The notes under the pieces: model-generated
What the model was told of the DNA's origin: nothing
What the model saw: the letters and a program-made list of their open reading frames with translations, nothing else
The model's database searches: none
Assembly: GCA_039930765.1 (NCBI GenBank)
Contig: JBDTTF010000181.1
Coordinates: 29,307 to 93,306, forward strand
Direction of reading: 5' to 3'
Origin: Gemmatimonadota bacterium
GTDB lineage: Bacteria > Gemmatimonadota > Gemmatimonadetes > Gemmatimonadales > GWC2-71-9
Length of the DNA: 64,000 bases
Program-made: the position numbers and the translations under genes
Part shown: in pieces, positions 26,914-36,824 of the stretch
How the letters are laid out: the number at the start of each line of letters is the position of its first letter
How positions within the stretch are numbered: the stretch's first letter is position 1

Positions 26914-28023
26914 CTATGGCATCCTGACCAAGGTGAGCAATCGCCGCACAATCTCACTCGCCGCCGCCGGCCTGCCCCGAGCTTTTGCCGCCGTGGCCAT
27001 CGAAGCCAGCCGCGTTTTGTCAGCGATCAGCCGCTCGATCTCGGTGCCAAGCCCTGCCGCGGTGAGTCCTGCCTGCACCAGCATCTTGGCCGCCCCGGCC
27101 TGATCAAGCGCCCGCGCGTTCCACGTCTGGTGATCGGCCGCCGCGGTGGGCAGCGGAATCAGGATGCTGGGCAATCCCCAGGCGCAGAGCTCCGCACCGG
27201 TCATCATCCCCGCCCTGGCGACGACCAGATCCGCCACCGCGTACGCATCGGCCATCGGATCGAGAAAATCGACAACCTGAATGTCCGGCATCCGGTGCAG
27301 TGCTGCATACCGATCGTAGCTGCCGCGACCGGTCGCCCAGAGGACGGTCATTCCCTTCCCTCCGCCACCACGAAGCCACTCCGACACCAGATCGTTGACA
27401 GCGACGGCCCCCTGGCTGCCGCCGGTAATCAGCAGCACCGGCCGATCGTCGGTGAGACCGAATCGCGCTCGTGCGGTGGCGCGACGCGGATGATCCGGCG
27501 GCGTGATCGGATTGCCGGTGTCGAACAGTTCCGTCTTGGGCCCCGCTTTGAGGCGTCCACGCGCCTCCGGAAGCCCGAGGTAGATGTGACGGACCGAGCG
27601 ACTGAGCCAGCGGGTGGCGAGACCGGGAAAGGCGTTCTGCTCCTGCACCGCCGTCGGAATGCCGCGCAGCGCCGCGAGCCAGACCACAGGCGCGGAGGCG
27701 TACCCGCCGGTTCCCAGCACTGCCGCGGGCTTTTCACGCTCGAGCAGCTCGCCAACCTGCTGGATCAGCCGGAATGCCAGCCACGGCCAGCGCACATTCT
27801 TCCACCACTGGCGACGGTAGATCGGTTCCGACGACAGCAGCTGATAGCGGAGCTCCCGCCTCGGCAGCAGCGTGGCTTCAATACCGCGCTGAGCGCCGAC
27901 CAGCACCGGCTCGATCTCGGGCGCCTGGCGCCGCAACTCTGCCGCAATTGCCAGGGCCGGCATCAGGTGGCCGCCGGTGCCGCCACCGGCGATGAGGATG
28001 CGGACGGGTTTCGGATCAGCCAT
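26914..28023 (-). CDS. murG: UDP-N-acetylglucosamine--N-acetylmuramyl-(pentapeptide) pyrophosphoryl-undecaprenol GlcNAc transferase
   Basis: 369 aa with N-terminal ILIAGGGTGGHLMPALA and a GT28 layout. Confidence 0.9.
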   Translation of the reverse strand: MADPKPVRILIAGGGTGGHLMPALAIAAELRRQAPEIEPVLVGAQRGIEATLLPRRELRYQLLSSEPIYRRQWWKNVRWPWLAFRLIQQVGELLEREKPAAVLGTGGYASAPVVWLAALRGIPTAVQEQNAFPGLATRWLSRSVRHIYLGLPEARGRLKAGPKTELFDTGNPITPPDHPRRATARARFGLTDDRPVLLITGGSQGAVAVNDLVSEWLRGGGGKGMTVLWATGRGSYDRYAALHRMPDIQVVDFLDPMADAYAVADLVVARAGMMTGAELCAWGLPSILIPLPTAAADHQTWNARALDQAGAAKMLVQAGLTAAGLGTEIERLIADKTRLASMATAAKARGRPAAASEIVRRLLTLVRMP

Positions 28024-28052
28024 GGCAGGCCGACTGCAGGCACCGACACAGC

Positions 28053-28073
28053 GTGAGAGGTGAGAGGTAAGAG
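28053..28073. repeat. Tandem heptanucleotide array, 3 units (GTGAGAG GTGAGAG GTAAGAG)
   Basis: Read directly in the 57-nt spacer between the ftsW stop (28081) and the murG start (28023). The unit family matches the arrays at 10888-10948. Confidence 0.8.
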
Positions 28074-28080
28074 GGGGCTC

Positions 28081-29265
28081 TCATCGGGATTTGGCTGCTG
28101 CCTCGGTTTTTGACCGCGGTGACCCCTTTCCGCGCATCCGGCCGACGCTGATCAGCAGCCCGGCGCCGGCCAGCGTGACGATCAGGCTGGAGCGGCCGTA
28201 GGACATGAACGGCAGCGTCAGCCCGGTGGTCGGCATCATGCCGAGGGTGACGGCCATGTGCATGAAGGCGGTGAGGCCGACGGCCATCGTCAGCCCGGTG
28301 GCCAGATACTGTCCGAATGGATCCTCCGCGGTCCGCGCGATCCGGAAACCGAGCCAGCAGAACAGCCCGTACAGCATCACGGTCATGACGACGCCGATGA
28401 ATCCCCATTCTTCACCGATGATGCTGAACAGAAAATCCGAATAGGCATACGGCAGATAGCCCAGCTTCTGCTGGCCATGACCGAAGCCGACGCCGAACAC
28501 ACCGCCCGACCCGATCCCGACCAGCGATTGGTGGATCTGCAATGCCGCGTCCGAGGTGGCGTTCCCCGGATTGAGCCAGGTGTGCAGGCGCCCCGCTCGA
28601 TACTGTGCATCGTTGATCTTGTGATACACAAGGAAAAGCCCGAATGTCCCGATCAGGATGAAGTGCCCGATCCGCGCCCCTGCCGTAAATACCACAAGCA
28701 GGCCGAGCAGCACGATCAAGATGGCCATCGAAAGATTCGGCTCGCCCAGGACCAGCAGGAAGACCCCGCCGAGCACCACCAGGAACGGCATGATCCCCTT
28801 CTTGAGATCGCGAATCTGCTCGCCCTTCTTGGCCGCCAGCATGGCACACCAGATCACCACCGCCAGCCGGGCAATTTCCGATGGTTGGAACTGGATCGGG
28901 CCCACCCGGATCCAGCGGCGGGCGCCGTTGAGCATGGGGGAGAACTGCAGCTTGATGCCGGGAGTGACCGGGACCAGCAGCAGGATGATGGCCCCAATCA
29001 TGATCGGCCACGCCAGTGGCTTGAGCCGGCGGTAATCGACGCGGGACAGGATCATCAGGAGGAGCCCGCCGGCCAGTGCTCCGCTCAACTGGCGGAGCGC
29101 AAAGCCGTAGCCGACGATTCCGCTCTTGGTCCCGACCAGGCTCGAGGCGCCATAACTGTTGGCCAGCCCGAACACCACCAGTGTGGCCGTCACCATGGCG
29201 AGCAGCCGGGTTTCCCAGCGGAACTCGCCAGGGTGGCGGACGACCGGGGCGGGAGTAGTGCTCAC
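28081..29265 (-). CDS. ftsW: Peptidoglycan glycosyltransferase FtsW (SEDS family)
   Basis: 394 aa polytopic membrane protein with SEDS-like conserved stretches (SEIARLAVVIW, LQIHQSLVGIGSGGVFG, PYAYSDFLFSIIGEEWG). Confidence 0.9.
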   Translation of the reverse strand: MSTTPAPVVRHPGEFRWETRLLAMVTATLVVFGLANSYGASSLVGTKSGIVGYGFALRQLSGALAGGLLLMILSRVDYRRLKPLAWPIMIGAIILLLVPVTPGIKLQFSPMLNGARRWIRVGPIQFQPSEIARLAVVIWCAMLAAKKGEQIRDLKKGIMPFLVVLGGVFLLVLGEPNLSMAILIVLLGLLVVFTAGARIGHFILIGTFGLFLVYHKINDAQYRAGRLHTWLNPGNATSDAALQIHQSLVGIGSGGVFGVGFGHGQQKLGYLPYAYSDFLFSIIGEEWGFIGVVMTVMLYGLFCWLGFRIARTAEDPFGQYLATGLTMAVGLTAFMHMAVTLGMMPTTGLTLPFMSYGRSSLIVTLAGAGLLISVGRMRGKGSPRSKTEAAAKSR

Positions 29266-30617
29266 ATGGCCTCGACCGCGGCCCGGAACTGCTGGCCCCG
29301 GTCTTCATAGTTCTTGAACATGTCGTAGCTGGAGCAGGCAGGTGACAGCAGCACCGCATCCCCCGGTCGGGTAAGCGCCCTGGCCCGCCCAAGGACATCG
29401 GCAAATGTGCCGCCCCGCACGACCTTTACCCTGGCGGCAAGGTCGTGCTCAACCTGAGCGGCCGCCTCGCCAAAGCCGATCACCGCCTTGCAGCGGCCGT
29501 GCATCCGATCGGCCAACGAGGTGTAAGGTTCACCCTTGTGACGACCGCCGAGCAGCAGGACGTAGGGCCGGTCGATGGCGTCGAGGGCCACCGAGGTCGA
29601 GGAGACGTTGGTCGCCTTGCTGTCGTTGATCCAGATCACGCCATTGACCTCGCGGACCGGCTCCAGCCGGTGAGTCAGGGCGCGGAACGAAGCCATCGCG
29701 GCCCCAATGGCGGCGGTCGATCCGCCGGCGCGGGCGGCGGCGAGGGCGGCGGCCAGTGCGTTGGCCACGTTGTGATCGCCCAGCAGGCCCAGCTGATCGC
29801 GGTCGAGCAGGAGGTCGTCGCCCAGGTAGAGCCTTCGCGCCACCCGGTCGTACCAGCCATCGGCTTTTCTCGCCACCGAGAACAACCGCTCGGTGCCCGG
29901 CTTGCCCCGCGCCATGTCCAGCACCGCGTGGTCATCAGCATTGAGCACCCAGACCGATTCGGCCCGGGCGTTGAGAAACAGCAGCCGCTTGTCCCCGAAG
30001 TAGGCTTCGAGCGTCGGATAGCGATCGAGATGGTCGGGCGCGAGGTTGGTCAGCACCCCGATGTCGGGCACCAGGTCGCGGGTATCATGCAGCTGAAAGG
30101 AGCTGACTTCGAGCGCCACCCATTCGGGCTGGGGCCTGGTGAGCGCCACTTCACTGAGCGGCGTCCCGATATTTCCCGCAGCCACCACCCGATGACCGGT
30201 GCCGGCCAGCAGGTGAGCGGTCAGGGCGGTGACGGTCGACTTGCCGTTGGTGCCGGTGACGACCGCAAACCTGGTATTTGGCATGGCCGCGGCACCGACA
30301 TCAATCTCGGAGCGGATCTCGACGGCGTGTTCCCGGGCGGTCACCAGTGGTGGGGCGTCGGGTGGCACCCCGGGCGAGACAATGACCGCCGCCGCTCGGC
30401 TGATGCGCTCAAGGTCATGCTTCCCGGTGTCGATCGATGTACCCATCGCGCGGATCCGCCCGACTCGCGCTTCGACCTCGGGACCGGTCGCCGGATCAGA
30501 GGCGTAGACGGCAATTCCCTGCTGGCGGAGCAGCTGGGCCGCCGCGACGCCGCTGCGGGCCAGTCCGACAACGGCAATCTCGCGGCCGTCGGCCCGCCAC
30601 CGATCGAAGAGGCTCAT
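29262..30617 (-). CDS. murD: UDP-N-acetylmuramoylalanine--D-glutamate ligase
   Basis: 451 aa with the Mur ligase P-loop GTNGKSTV. It has 4-nt overlaps with both neighbours. Confidence 0.9.
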   Translation of the reverse strand: MSLFDRWRADGREIAVVGLARSGVAAAQLLRQQGIAVYASDPATGPEVEARVGRIRAMGTSIDTGKHDLERISRAAAVIVSPGVPPDAPPLVTAREHAVEIRSEIDVGAAAMPNTRFAVVTGTNGKSTVTALTAHLLAGTGHRVVAAGNIGTPLSEVALTRPQPEWVALEVSSFQLHDTRDLVPDIGVLTNLAPDHLDRYPTLEAYFGDKRLLFLNARAESVWVLNADDHAVLDMARGKPGTERLFSVARKADGWYDRVARRLYLGDDLLLDRDQLGLLGDHNVANALAAALAAARAGGSTAAIGAAMASFRALTHRLEPVREVNGVIWINDSKATNVSSTSVALDAIDRPYVLLLGGRHKGEPYTSLADRMHGRCKAVIGFGEAAAQVEHDLAARVKVVRGGTFADVLGRARALTRPGDAVLLSPACSSYDMFKNYEDRGQQFRAAVEAM

Positions 30618-31741
30618 CGCAGCTTGAGCGTGGCGAGCCCGATCAGGGCGCAGAAGATCCCGAGGATATAGAACCGGGTCACCACCGTCGACTCGGCCCA
30701 GCCCAGCTTCTCGAAATGGTGATGCAGCGGCGCCATCCGGAACACCCGGTGACTATCGGCGTACTCCTTGCCCCGGCTCCGCTTGTAGTACTTGTACACG
30801 CTGGTCTGCAGCATCACCGAAATGGCCTCGGCCACGAACACCCCGCCGATCAGCAGCAGCAGGAATTCCGCCTTGAGCAGGATGGCCACGGTGCCAAAGG
30901 CGCCGCCGATGGCCAGGCTGCCCGTGTCTCCCATGAAGACCTGGGCCGGGTAGCAGTTGAACCAGAGGAAGCCGAGGCTGGCACCGAGCAGTGCGGCGCA
31001 GAAGATGGTGAGCTCGCCGGCGCCTGGCAGGTGGAACAGGTAGAGATACTGGGTCGCGTCGACCCGGCCGATGACGTAGGCAAAGAACGCAAAGGCGGCC
31101 GCCGCGATCGTGGTGAGCCCCGTGGCCAGACCATCGAGGCCATCGGTCAGGTTGACCGCATTGCTGCTGCCGGTGACCACCAGGGTCACGAACAGCACGA
31201 AGATGACGGGCGAGAAGTTGATGACCAGGTATTTGAAGAACGGCAGCGTCGTCGCGGTGGCCGGGATCGAACCCGGTGGCACCAGCGGCTGGTAGATCAG
31301 GTACAGTCCGAGGGCCAGGCCGAATACGCACTGGCCCACCAGCTTCCAGCGCGCCACCAGGCCGCGCGACTTGCCCTGCACAATCTTGAGGTAGTCGTCG
31401 AGGAAGCCGATGGCCCCCATCCAGAGCGTGGCCAGCACCGCCACAATCACGAACCGGTTGGTCAGCGGCGCCCAGAGCAGCGTCGGAACGATGGTGGCAA
31501 ACAGGATGATGATCCCGCCCATCGTGGGAGTGCCGCGCTTGCCCTGGTGGGTGGCCGGCCCCTCGGCCCGGATGATCTGCCCGACCTTGTGTTCTCGCAG
31601 CCGCCGGATGATCCCCGGTCCGATCAGGAACGACAGCAGCAGTGCGGTGACGGTGGCGGCGCCGGCCCGGAAGCTGATGTAATTGAGGAGATTGAAGATG
31701 ATGTACTGCTTGGCCAGCGGCGCCAGCAAATGATAGAGCAA
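30614..31741 (-). CDS. mraY: Phospho-N-acetylmuramoyl-pentapeptide transferase
   Basis: 375 aa with conserved MraY stretches GTPTMGG, NAVNLTDGLDGLA and MGDTGSLAIGG. Confidence 0.95.
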   Translation of the reverse strand: MLYHLLAPLAKQYIIFNLLNYISFRAGAATVTALLLSFLIGPGIIRRLREHKVGQIIRAEGPATHQGKRGTPTMGGIIILFATIVPTLLWAPLTNRFVIVAVLATLWMGAIGFLDDYLKIVQGKSRGLVARWKLVGQCVFGLALGLYLIYQPLVPPGSIPATATTLPFFKYLVINFSPVIFVLFVTLVVTGSSNAVNLTDGLDGLATGLTTIAAAAFAFFAYVIGRVDATQYLYLFHLPGAGELTIFCAALLGASLGFLWFNCYPAQVFMGDTGSLAIGGAFGTVAILLKAEFLLLLIGGVFVAEAISVMLQTSVYKYYKRSRGKEYADSHRVFRMAPLHHHFEKLGWAESTVVTRFYILGIFCALIGLATLKLR

Positions 31742-31748
31742 ATGGACC

Positions 31749-33104
31749 TCAGTGCTGGAGTGCGGGCGCGCCGGTGAGCGACGGAATAATACGTTCGAGC
31801 GCGACGCCGCGGGATGCCTTGAGGACGATGAGTTCGGAGCCGTTGAGCCGGGCAGCGAGAGGGACCGCCAGCGTCGGCGCGTCGGCGGCCACCATCAGCC
31901 GGCTGCCCAGCCGCTCGGCGTAGGGCGCCAGCGCCATTCCGAACTCACCGACCACCGCCAGCAGCTCCGGATCGAGTTCCACCAGCAGCGCCGCGATCTC
32001 CGCATGCAGCGCCGCAGACTCGGCGCCGAGTTCACGCATCGTTCCGGCCACGAAGACCAGGCGGCGGCCGGTCCGCATCGACTTGGCGGCACTGATTGCT
32101 GCCCGGAACGAGACCGGATTGGCGTTGTAGCTGTCGTTGAGGATCGTGAGTCCACCCGATTGGATCAGGTCGCCGCGGCCGGGCGGCAGCACCAGCTGCC
32201 CCAGCGCCTGGGCGGCGGCAGCTCGATCGAGATCGAGCTCACGCACCATCGTCCAGGCGAACATCGCGTTGGCCGCCTGGTGCCGGCCGATCAGCGGGAG
32301 CGTGACCGTCTGTCCATCGATGCTGAAAGTCGGGCGGCCGTCGGTTCCGACGCTGAGCCGGTCCGGTCGCACTTCGGCCCCTTCAGAGCCGGCCGTGATG
32401 ACCCGCCTGGCGTGACTGCGGGCCTGCGCCGCCAGGTCTGACGGCTCGGTGCCGACGATGGCCAGCGGCACCTCATCGGTCAACGCCAGCTTTTCCCGCA
32501 TGACGCCGGCCAGCGAACCAAATCCCTCGAGGTGACTGGCGCCGACATTGGTCACGATGGCCGCGGTCGGCTCGACGATGACCCGGAGCCGGGGAATTTC
32601 ACCCAGCAGGCTGGCGCCGGCCTCGAGAACCAGCGCCTCGGTGTCGTCGGGCGCCGCAAGGATGGTCAGTGGCACGCCGACCAGGTTGTTGTCGTTGGCC
32701 CGGGTGGCCCAGGTTCGGAACCGGGTACGCAGCACTGCCGCGACCATTTCCTTGGTGCTGGTCTTGCCATTGCTGCCGGTGATGCCGATGACCGGCCCGG
32801 AGATCTCCCGCCGGCGCGCCCTGGCCAGCAAGCCGAGTGCTTCGAGGGTATCGGCCACTTCATAGAGCCGCAGCCCTGACACCGGTGCCGTACCGTGGCG
32901 GACCACCGCCCCACGCGCTCCAGCCGCCAGCGCGGCGGCCAGGAACTGGTGGCCGTCGAATCGCTCACCATGAAGGGCCACAAACAGCGCCCCGAACGAC
33001 ACCGACCGGGTGTCGGTGCAGATGCTGGTGAACTCGGTGGAGTCAGTCGTGCCGGCTGGCAGTCCGAGCGCCGAGCGTACGCTGGCATCGGTCCAGCGAG
33101 TCAT
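31749..33104 (-). CDS. murF: UDP-N-acetylmuramoyl-tripeptide--D-alanyl-D-alanine ligase
   Basis: 451 aa with GITGSNGKTSTKEM. Its position between murE and mraY supports the call. Confidence 0.9.
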   Translation of the reverse strand: MTRWTDASVRSALGLPAGTTDSTEFTSICTDTRSVSFGALFVALHGERFDGHQFLAAALAAGARGAVVRHGTAPVSGLRLYEVADTLEALGLLARARRREISGPVIGITGSNGKTSTKEMVAAVLRTRFRTWATRANDNNLVGVPLTILAAPDDTEALVLEAGASLLGEIPRLRVIVEPTAAIVTNVGASHLEGFGSLAGVMREKLALTDEVPLAIVGTEPSDLAAQARSHARRVITAGSEGAEVRPDRLSVGTDGRPTFSIDGQTVTLPLIGRHQAANAMFAWTMVRELDLDRAAAAQALGQLVLPPGRGDLIQSGGLTILNDSYNANPVSFRAAISAAKSMRTGRRLVFVAGTMRELGAESAALHAEIAALLVELDPELLAVVGEFGMALAPYAERLGSRLMVAADAPTLAVPLAARLNGSELIVLKASRGVALERIIPSLTGAPALQH

Positions 33105-34573
33105 TCCTGCTCCAGTGCGTGAAGGACGATGGCCCGTTCATCGAACGGAACCTTGTCGTGGCCGACGACCTGGTAGGTCTCGTGGCCCTTGCCGGCCAGC
33201 AGGACCGTGTCCCCGGCTCCTGCCCTTCCCAGTGCGGCCTTGATCGCGTCAGCCCGATCGGTAATCCGGAGATGGGGCCGGCCCGCCAGGCCGGGCACGA
33301 TATCGTCGATGATGGCTTCGGGATCCTCGGTCCGCGGGTTGTCGGAGGTGACCACCACCAGGTCGGCCCCCTCCGCCGCCACCCGGCCCATGACCGGCCG
33401 TTTGCCGCGATCGCGGTCGCCACCGGCGCCGAACAGCACGATCAGCTTCCCCGGAGTGAGCGGCCGCAGGGTCTCGAGGGCCCGGGCCAGCGCATCAGGC
33501 GTGTGGGCATAGTCGCGCAACACCACGCACGGCCGTTCGGTGATCCGCTCCATCCGGCCCGGCACCTGCGGCGCGGCATTCAGCCCAGCGGCCACGCTGG
33601 CGAACGGCTCGCCCACTGCCAGTGCGGCGGCGGCCGCGGCCAGGGCGTTGGCCACATTGAATTCGCCGAGCAGCGGCAACCGGATGGCGGCGTGCCCGTG
33701 GGGAGCCTTGAGCAGGAAGGTGCTGCCGCCATGATCGAGTGCCAGCGCTTCGGCCCGGACATCGGCCGTCAGCGACAGTCCAAAGCTCAGCCGCGGAGTC
33801 CGCCTCGGCATCCCATTCCACGCCGGGTCATCCTGATTGACCACCTCGATGCCGTCGGGCGCCAGCAGCGCGCTCAGCCGGAGCTTGGCCGCCAGGTAGT
33901 CCTCCATCGTGCCGTGGTAGTCGAGATGATCACGGGTGAAGTTGGTGAACACCCCCGCCGCAAACGACAGCCCCTCGAGTCGGCCCTGGTCGAGGCTATG
34001 AGAGGATGTCTCCATTGCCACCCGCGTGACCCCGCGCCGGACCAGTTCGGCCAGTGTGGCCTGCAGGTCGACCGGTCCCGGCGTGGTGAGTGAGCCCGCC
34101 GTGGAAGCCACCGTATTGCCGGCGCCGTCAAAGGCGCCCAGCGTGCCAAGACTTCCCGCGTTGCCGGCGCCATTCAACAGGTGCCGGATCAGCGCAGTCG
34201 TCGTGGTCTTGCCGTTGGTACCGGTCACACCGATGAGCATCAGCTCGGCGCCGGGGTTGTCATACCAGGCTCGCGCGGCGGCGATGGCAGCCAGGCGCCC
34301 GTCGCGGACCACGAGTTCAGGCACTCCACTAGCCTGCGGCGCTTCGACCACCAGCGCCGCCGCTCCCCGTCGCAGCGCCTCGGCCACGAACTTGTGCCCG
34401 TCGGTCTGGGAACCGCGGACCGCGATGTAGGCCATCCCCGGGGCGAGACTGCGGCTGTCAGTGGTGAGACCGGTGAGCGGAACAGTCCGCTCGGGTCCCT
34501 GCACCAGCAGCCCGGCGCGGGTAAGCGCCAGTCCGACCCCGGCGGCGTCGTGGCTGATGGTCATTGGGCCCAC
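33101..34573 (-). CDS. murE: UDP-N-acetylmuramoyl-L-alanyl-D-glutamate--2,6-diaminopimelate ligase
   Basis: 490 aa with GVTGTNGKTTTT and the DNPR motif (TSDNPRTEDP) associated with meso-DAP-adding enzymes. Confidence 0.9.
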   Translation of the reverse strand: MGPMTISHDAAGVGLALTRAGLLVQGPERTVPLTGLTTDSRSLAPGMAYIAVRGSQTDGHKFVAEALRRGAAALVVEAPQASGVPELVVRDGRLAAIAAARAWYDNPGAELMLIGVTGTNGKTTTTALIRHLLNGAGNAGSLGTLGAFDGAGNTVASTAGSLTTPGPVDLQATLAELVRRGVTRVAMETSSHSLDQGRLEGLSFAAGVFTNFTRDHLDYHGTMEDYLAAKLRLSALLAPDGIEVVNQDDPAWNGMPRRTPRLSFGLSLTADVRAEALALDHGGSTFLLKAPHGHAAIRLPLLGEFNVANALAAAAAALAVGEPFASVAAGLNAAPQVPGRMERITERPCVVLRDYAHTPDALARALETLRPLTPGKLIVLFGAGGDRDRGKRPVMGRVAAEGADLVVVTSDNPRTEDPEAIIDDIVPGLAGRPHLRITDRADAIKAALGRAGAGDTVLLAGKGHETYQVVGHDKVPFDERAIVLHALEQE

Positions 34574-36528
34574 ACGGTGACACTGCCGCCAGTCAGGGTT
34601 GAATCGCCTGGCGCCGGAATGGTGCGGATCACCTTGCCACTTCCTCTCAGGTCCACCTCGAAGCCTCGGCGGTGCAGTGCCAGCACCGCTCGCCGAACCG
34701 GAGTGCCGATGATATTGGGAACCGGCAGCCGCAGCCGCGTAGTGGCAGCAGTATCGTCAGCCGGCCAGGGCATCACCACATTCGGCGCCGGTTCGGCGTC
34801 CTCGGCATGGGCCGCCGGAGTCGAATCCGGTGTGGCCCTGGACGCGAACCGTGAGCGGTCGATCGCAATGGTCCGGGTGGCCAGGACCTGATCGAGCATC
34901 CGCCGGGTGGCGGGCGCCGCGGTGAACCCACCGTAATAGTTGCCCTTCGGATCGTCGATTTTGAAGACCACGACCAGCTGTGGATCGTCCGCCGGAAACA
35001 GCGATGCAAACGAGGCGGTGTACGATCCCGGCACGTAATGACCATCAGCGAATCGCATGGCGGTGCCGGTTTTCCCCATCAGGCTGTAGTTGACCAGCTG
35101 CGCCTTGTCGCCGGTGCCGCCTTCCCCGACCGCACCCTGCAGAAACTCCCGAAGCCGGGCCGTGATTTCCGGACTGACCACCTGACGGACCGGCTCCGGT
35201 CTGTGGCGGTAGAGCACCACGCCGAATGGATCACGAATCTCCTTCACCAGGGTCGGGGCCAGCAGGATGCCGTCATTGGCCACGGCGCCGTAGGCCGCGG
35301 CCAGCTGAAGCGGGGTGACCGACAATTCGTATCCCATTGCCAGGCTGGGACCGCTATACCCCACCTCCCAGCGATCCGGTCGATCGAGCGTGCCCCGAGC
35401 CTCCTGGGGGAATTCGACCCCGGTCGGACTGCCGAAACCGAAATCACGCAGCGCCTCGAAATGCCGCTCTGGAGTGAGCCGGGTTGAGAACTTGGCCATG
35501 GCGATATTGCTGGACACCTGGATGGCCTGCGCCAGCGTCAGACTACCCTTCCGCGGCTCGGCATCCCGGATGACCCTGAACTTCCCGCGGGGCACCGGCA
35601 GGTTGTACACCCCGTTCTCGGCGAACACCTTGTCGCCGGGCTCAACCAGCTTGTGAGATAGCAGCGCCGCCGCGGTGAACAGCTTGGCGGTCGAGCCGGG
35701 CTGGAACGGCTCGGTGATGGTAGTCGGTGCGGCCTCGAGGCTCTGGTCAGGACCACGCCGAACGGAAGCCAGCGCCAGAATTTCGCCAGTCCGCGGGTCG
35801 AGAAAGACCACGTCTCCGCCCAACGCCTTCATCCCCTCGACCGCCCCGGTCAGCGCCTCCTGGGCGATCTCCTGGATCTCGGCATCTAGCGTCAGGACCA
35901 CATCTTCACCCGCCACCGGATCACGCACCCGCCGCGATGGTGATTCGTACCTGCGGCCGGCCCGGTCCTTCAGCAACTCGTCGGCGCCGGGAACTCCGGT
36001 CAGCAGCGAATCGAGCGCCAGCTCGAGTCCGCCGACCCCATGCCCGCTGTCCGCATTGAACCCGCCGATGATGGGCCGGGCCAGGTCACCACCTGGATAA
36101 AATCGCCGGAATTCCGATTCGAGGTGAACGCCCTTGAGGCGACGAATCGGCTGGACCTGCACCGCGGTATACGGCCCGTGGAAATACAGATATTTCCTGC
36201 CACTGTCGAACTGCCGTCCCAGTTCGCCCGCCGACACCTCGAGGGCGACGGCGCCCAGCTGAATCAGCTGGCGCCGGTCGAGCACCTGGTCCGGCGCAAT
36301 CCCGACATGATAGAATTCCTGGGTCTCGGCCAGCGGGCTGCCAGTCCGGTCCAGCAGCGCACCGCGGCGGGCTGGCAACACCACCTGGACCCGGCGCTGA
36401 TCGGCCGCCTCGGTCGCGTACTGCCTGCCCCGCACGATCTGCAGTTGTGCGGCACGAAACAGCACCGCCACGACGGCAACGCCGAGGCCGATCTCCAGCA
36501 GCAGCATCCGAGCGCGAGCCCGTGCCAT
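34561..36528 (-). CDS. ftsI: Peptidoglycan D,D-transpeptidase FtsI (class B PBP) with a C-terminal PASTA-like domain
   Basis: 655 aa with an N-terminal TM helix and transpeptidase motifs STAK, SSN and KTGTA. The last ~60 aa (PNIIGTPVRRAVLALHRRGFEVDLRGSGKVIRTIPAPGDSTLTGGSVTVW) look like a PASTA domain. Confidence 0.9.
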   Translation of the reverse strand: MARARARMLLLEIGLGVAVVAVLFRAAQLQIVRGRQYATEAADQRRVQVVLPARRGALLDRTGSPLAETQEFYHVGIAPDQVLDRRQLIQLGAVALEVSAGELGRQFDSGRKYLYFHGPYTAVQVQPIRRLKGVHLESEFRRFYPGGDLARPIIGGFNADSGHGVGGLELALDSLLTGVPGADELLKDRAGRRYESPSRRVRDPVAGEDVVLTLDAEIQEIAQEALTGAVEGMKALGGDVVFLDPRTGEILALASVRRGPDQSLEAAPTTITEPFQPGSTAKLFTAAALLSHKLVEPGDKVFAENGVYNLPVPRGKFRVIRDAEPRKGSLTLAQAIQVSSNIAMAKFSTRLTPERHFEALRDFGFGSPTGVEFPQEARGTLDRPDRWEVGYSGPSLAMGYELSVTPLQLAAAYGAVANDGILLAPTLVKEIRDPFGVVLYRHRPEPVRQVVSPEITARLREFLQGAVGEGGTGDKAQLVNYSLMGKTGTAMRFADGHYVPGSYTASFASLFPADDPQLVVVFKIDDPKGNYYGGFTAAPATRRMLDQVLATRTIAIDRSRFASRATPDSTPAAHAEDAEPAPNVVMPWPADDTAATTRLRLPVPNIIGTPVRRAVLALHRRGFEVDLRGSGKVIRTIPAPGDSTLTGGSVTVWAQ

Positions 36529-36824
36529 CAGGGTTTGTCAGTCTGGCCCGGACGAGCCATGAAGTCGATGAATTCGGAATCACTGGGCATGTGGAGATTG
36601 AGCGACTGAACCCCGTGCTCGACCAGGGTCTGGCGGCTCGAGGCGCTGCGGATCTGGCGCTCGAGCTCGGCCCGGCGAGCGATCAGGGCCCGGTGATCCT
36701 CCCGCAGCAGGTTGAGCCGCTTGGCCGATTCGAGGCCGGAGGTCTGCCGGGTCACGACCAGACCGGTCACGACCAGGAACAGGACCAGCCATAGCATGAC
36801 CCAGTGCCGGCCCTTGAAATTCAT
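36528..36824 (-). CDS. ftsL: Cell division protein FtsL-like
   Basis: Trimmed to ATG 36824 (MNFKGRHWVMLWLVLFLVVTGLVV, then a coiled coil). It has ATGA overlap with the rsmH stop and a 1-nt overlap with ftsI. This is the canonical position. Confidence 0.7.
   Translation of the reverse strand: MNFKGRHWVMLWLVLFLVVTGLVVTRQTSGLESAKRLNLLREDHRALIARRAELERQIRSASSRQTLVEHGVQSLNLHMPSDSEFIDFMARPGQTDKP

Noticed and set aside
26728-28056. 442-aa plus-strand ORF starting in the spacer upstream of the TPR insert
   Set aside because: Most of it is antisense to murG. The part inside the spacer is short and Arg/Ser-rich. No SD or family signal is visible.
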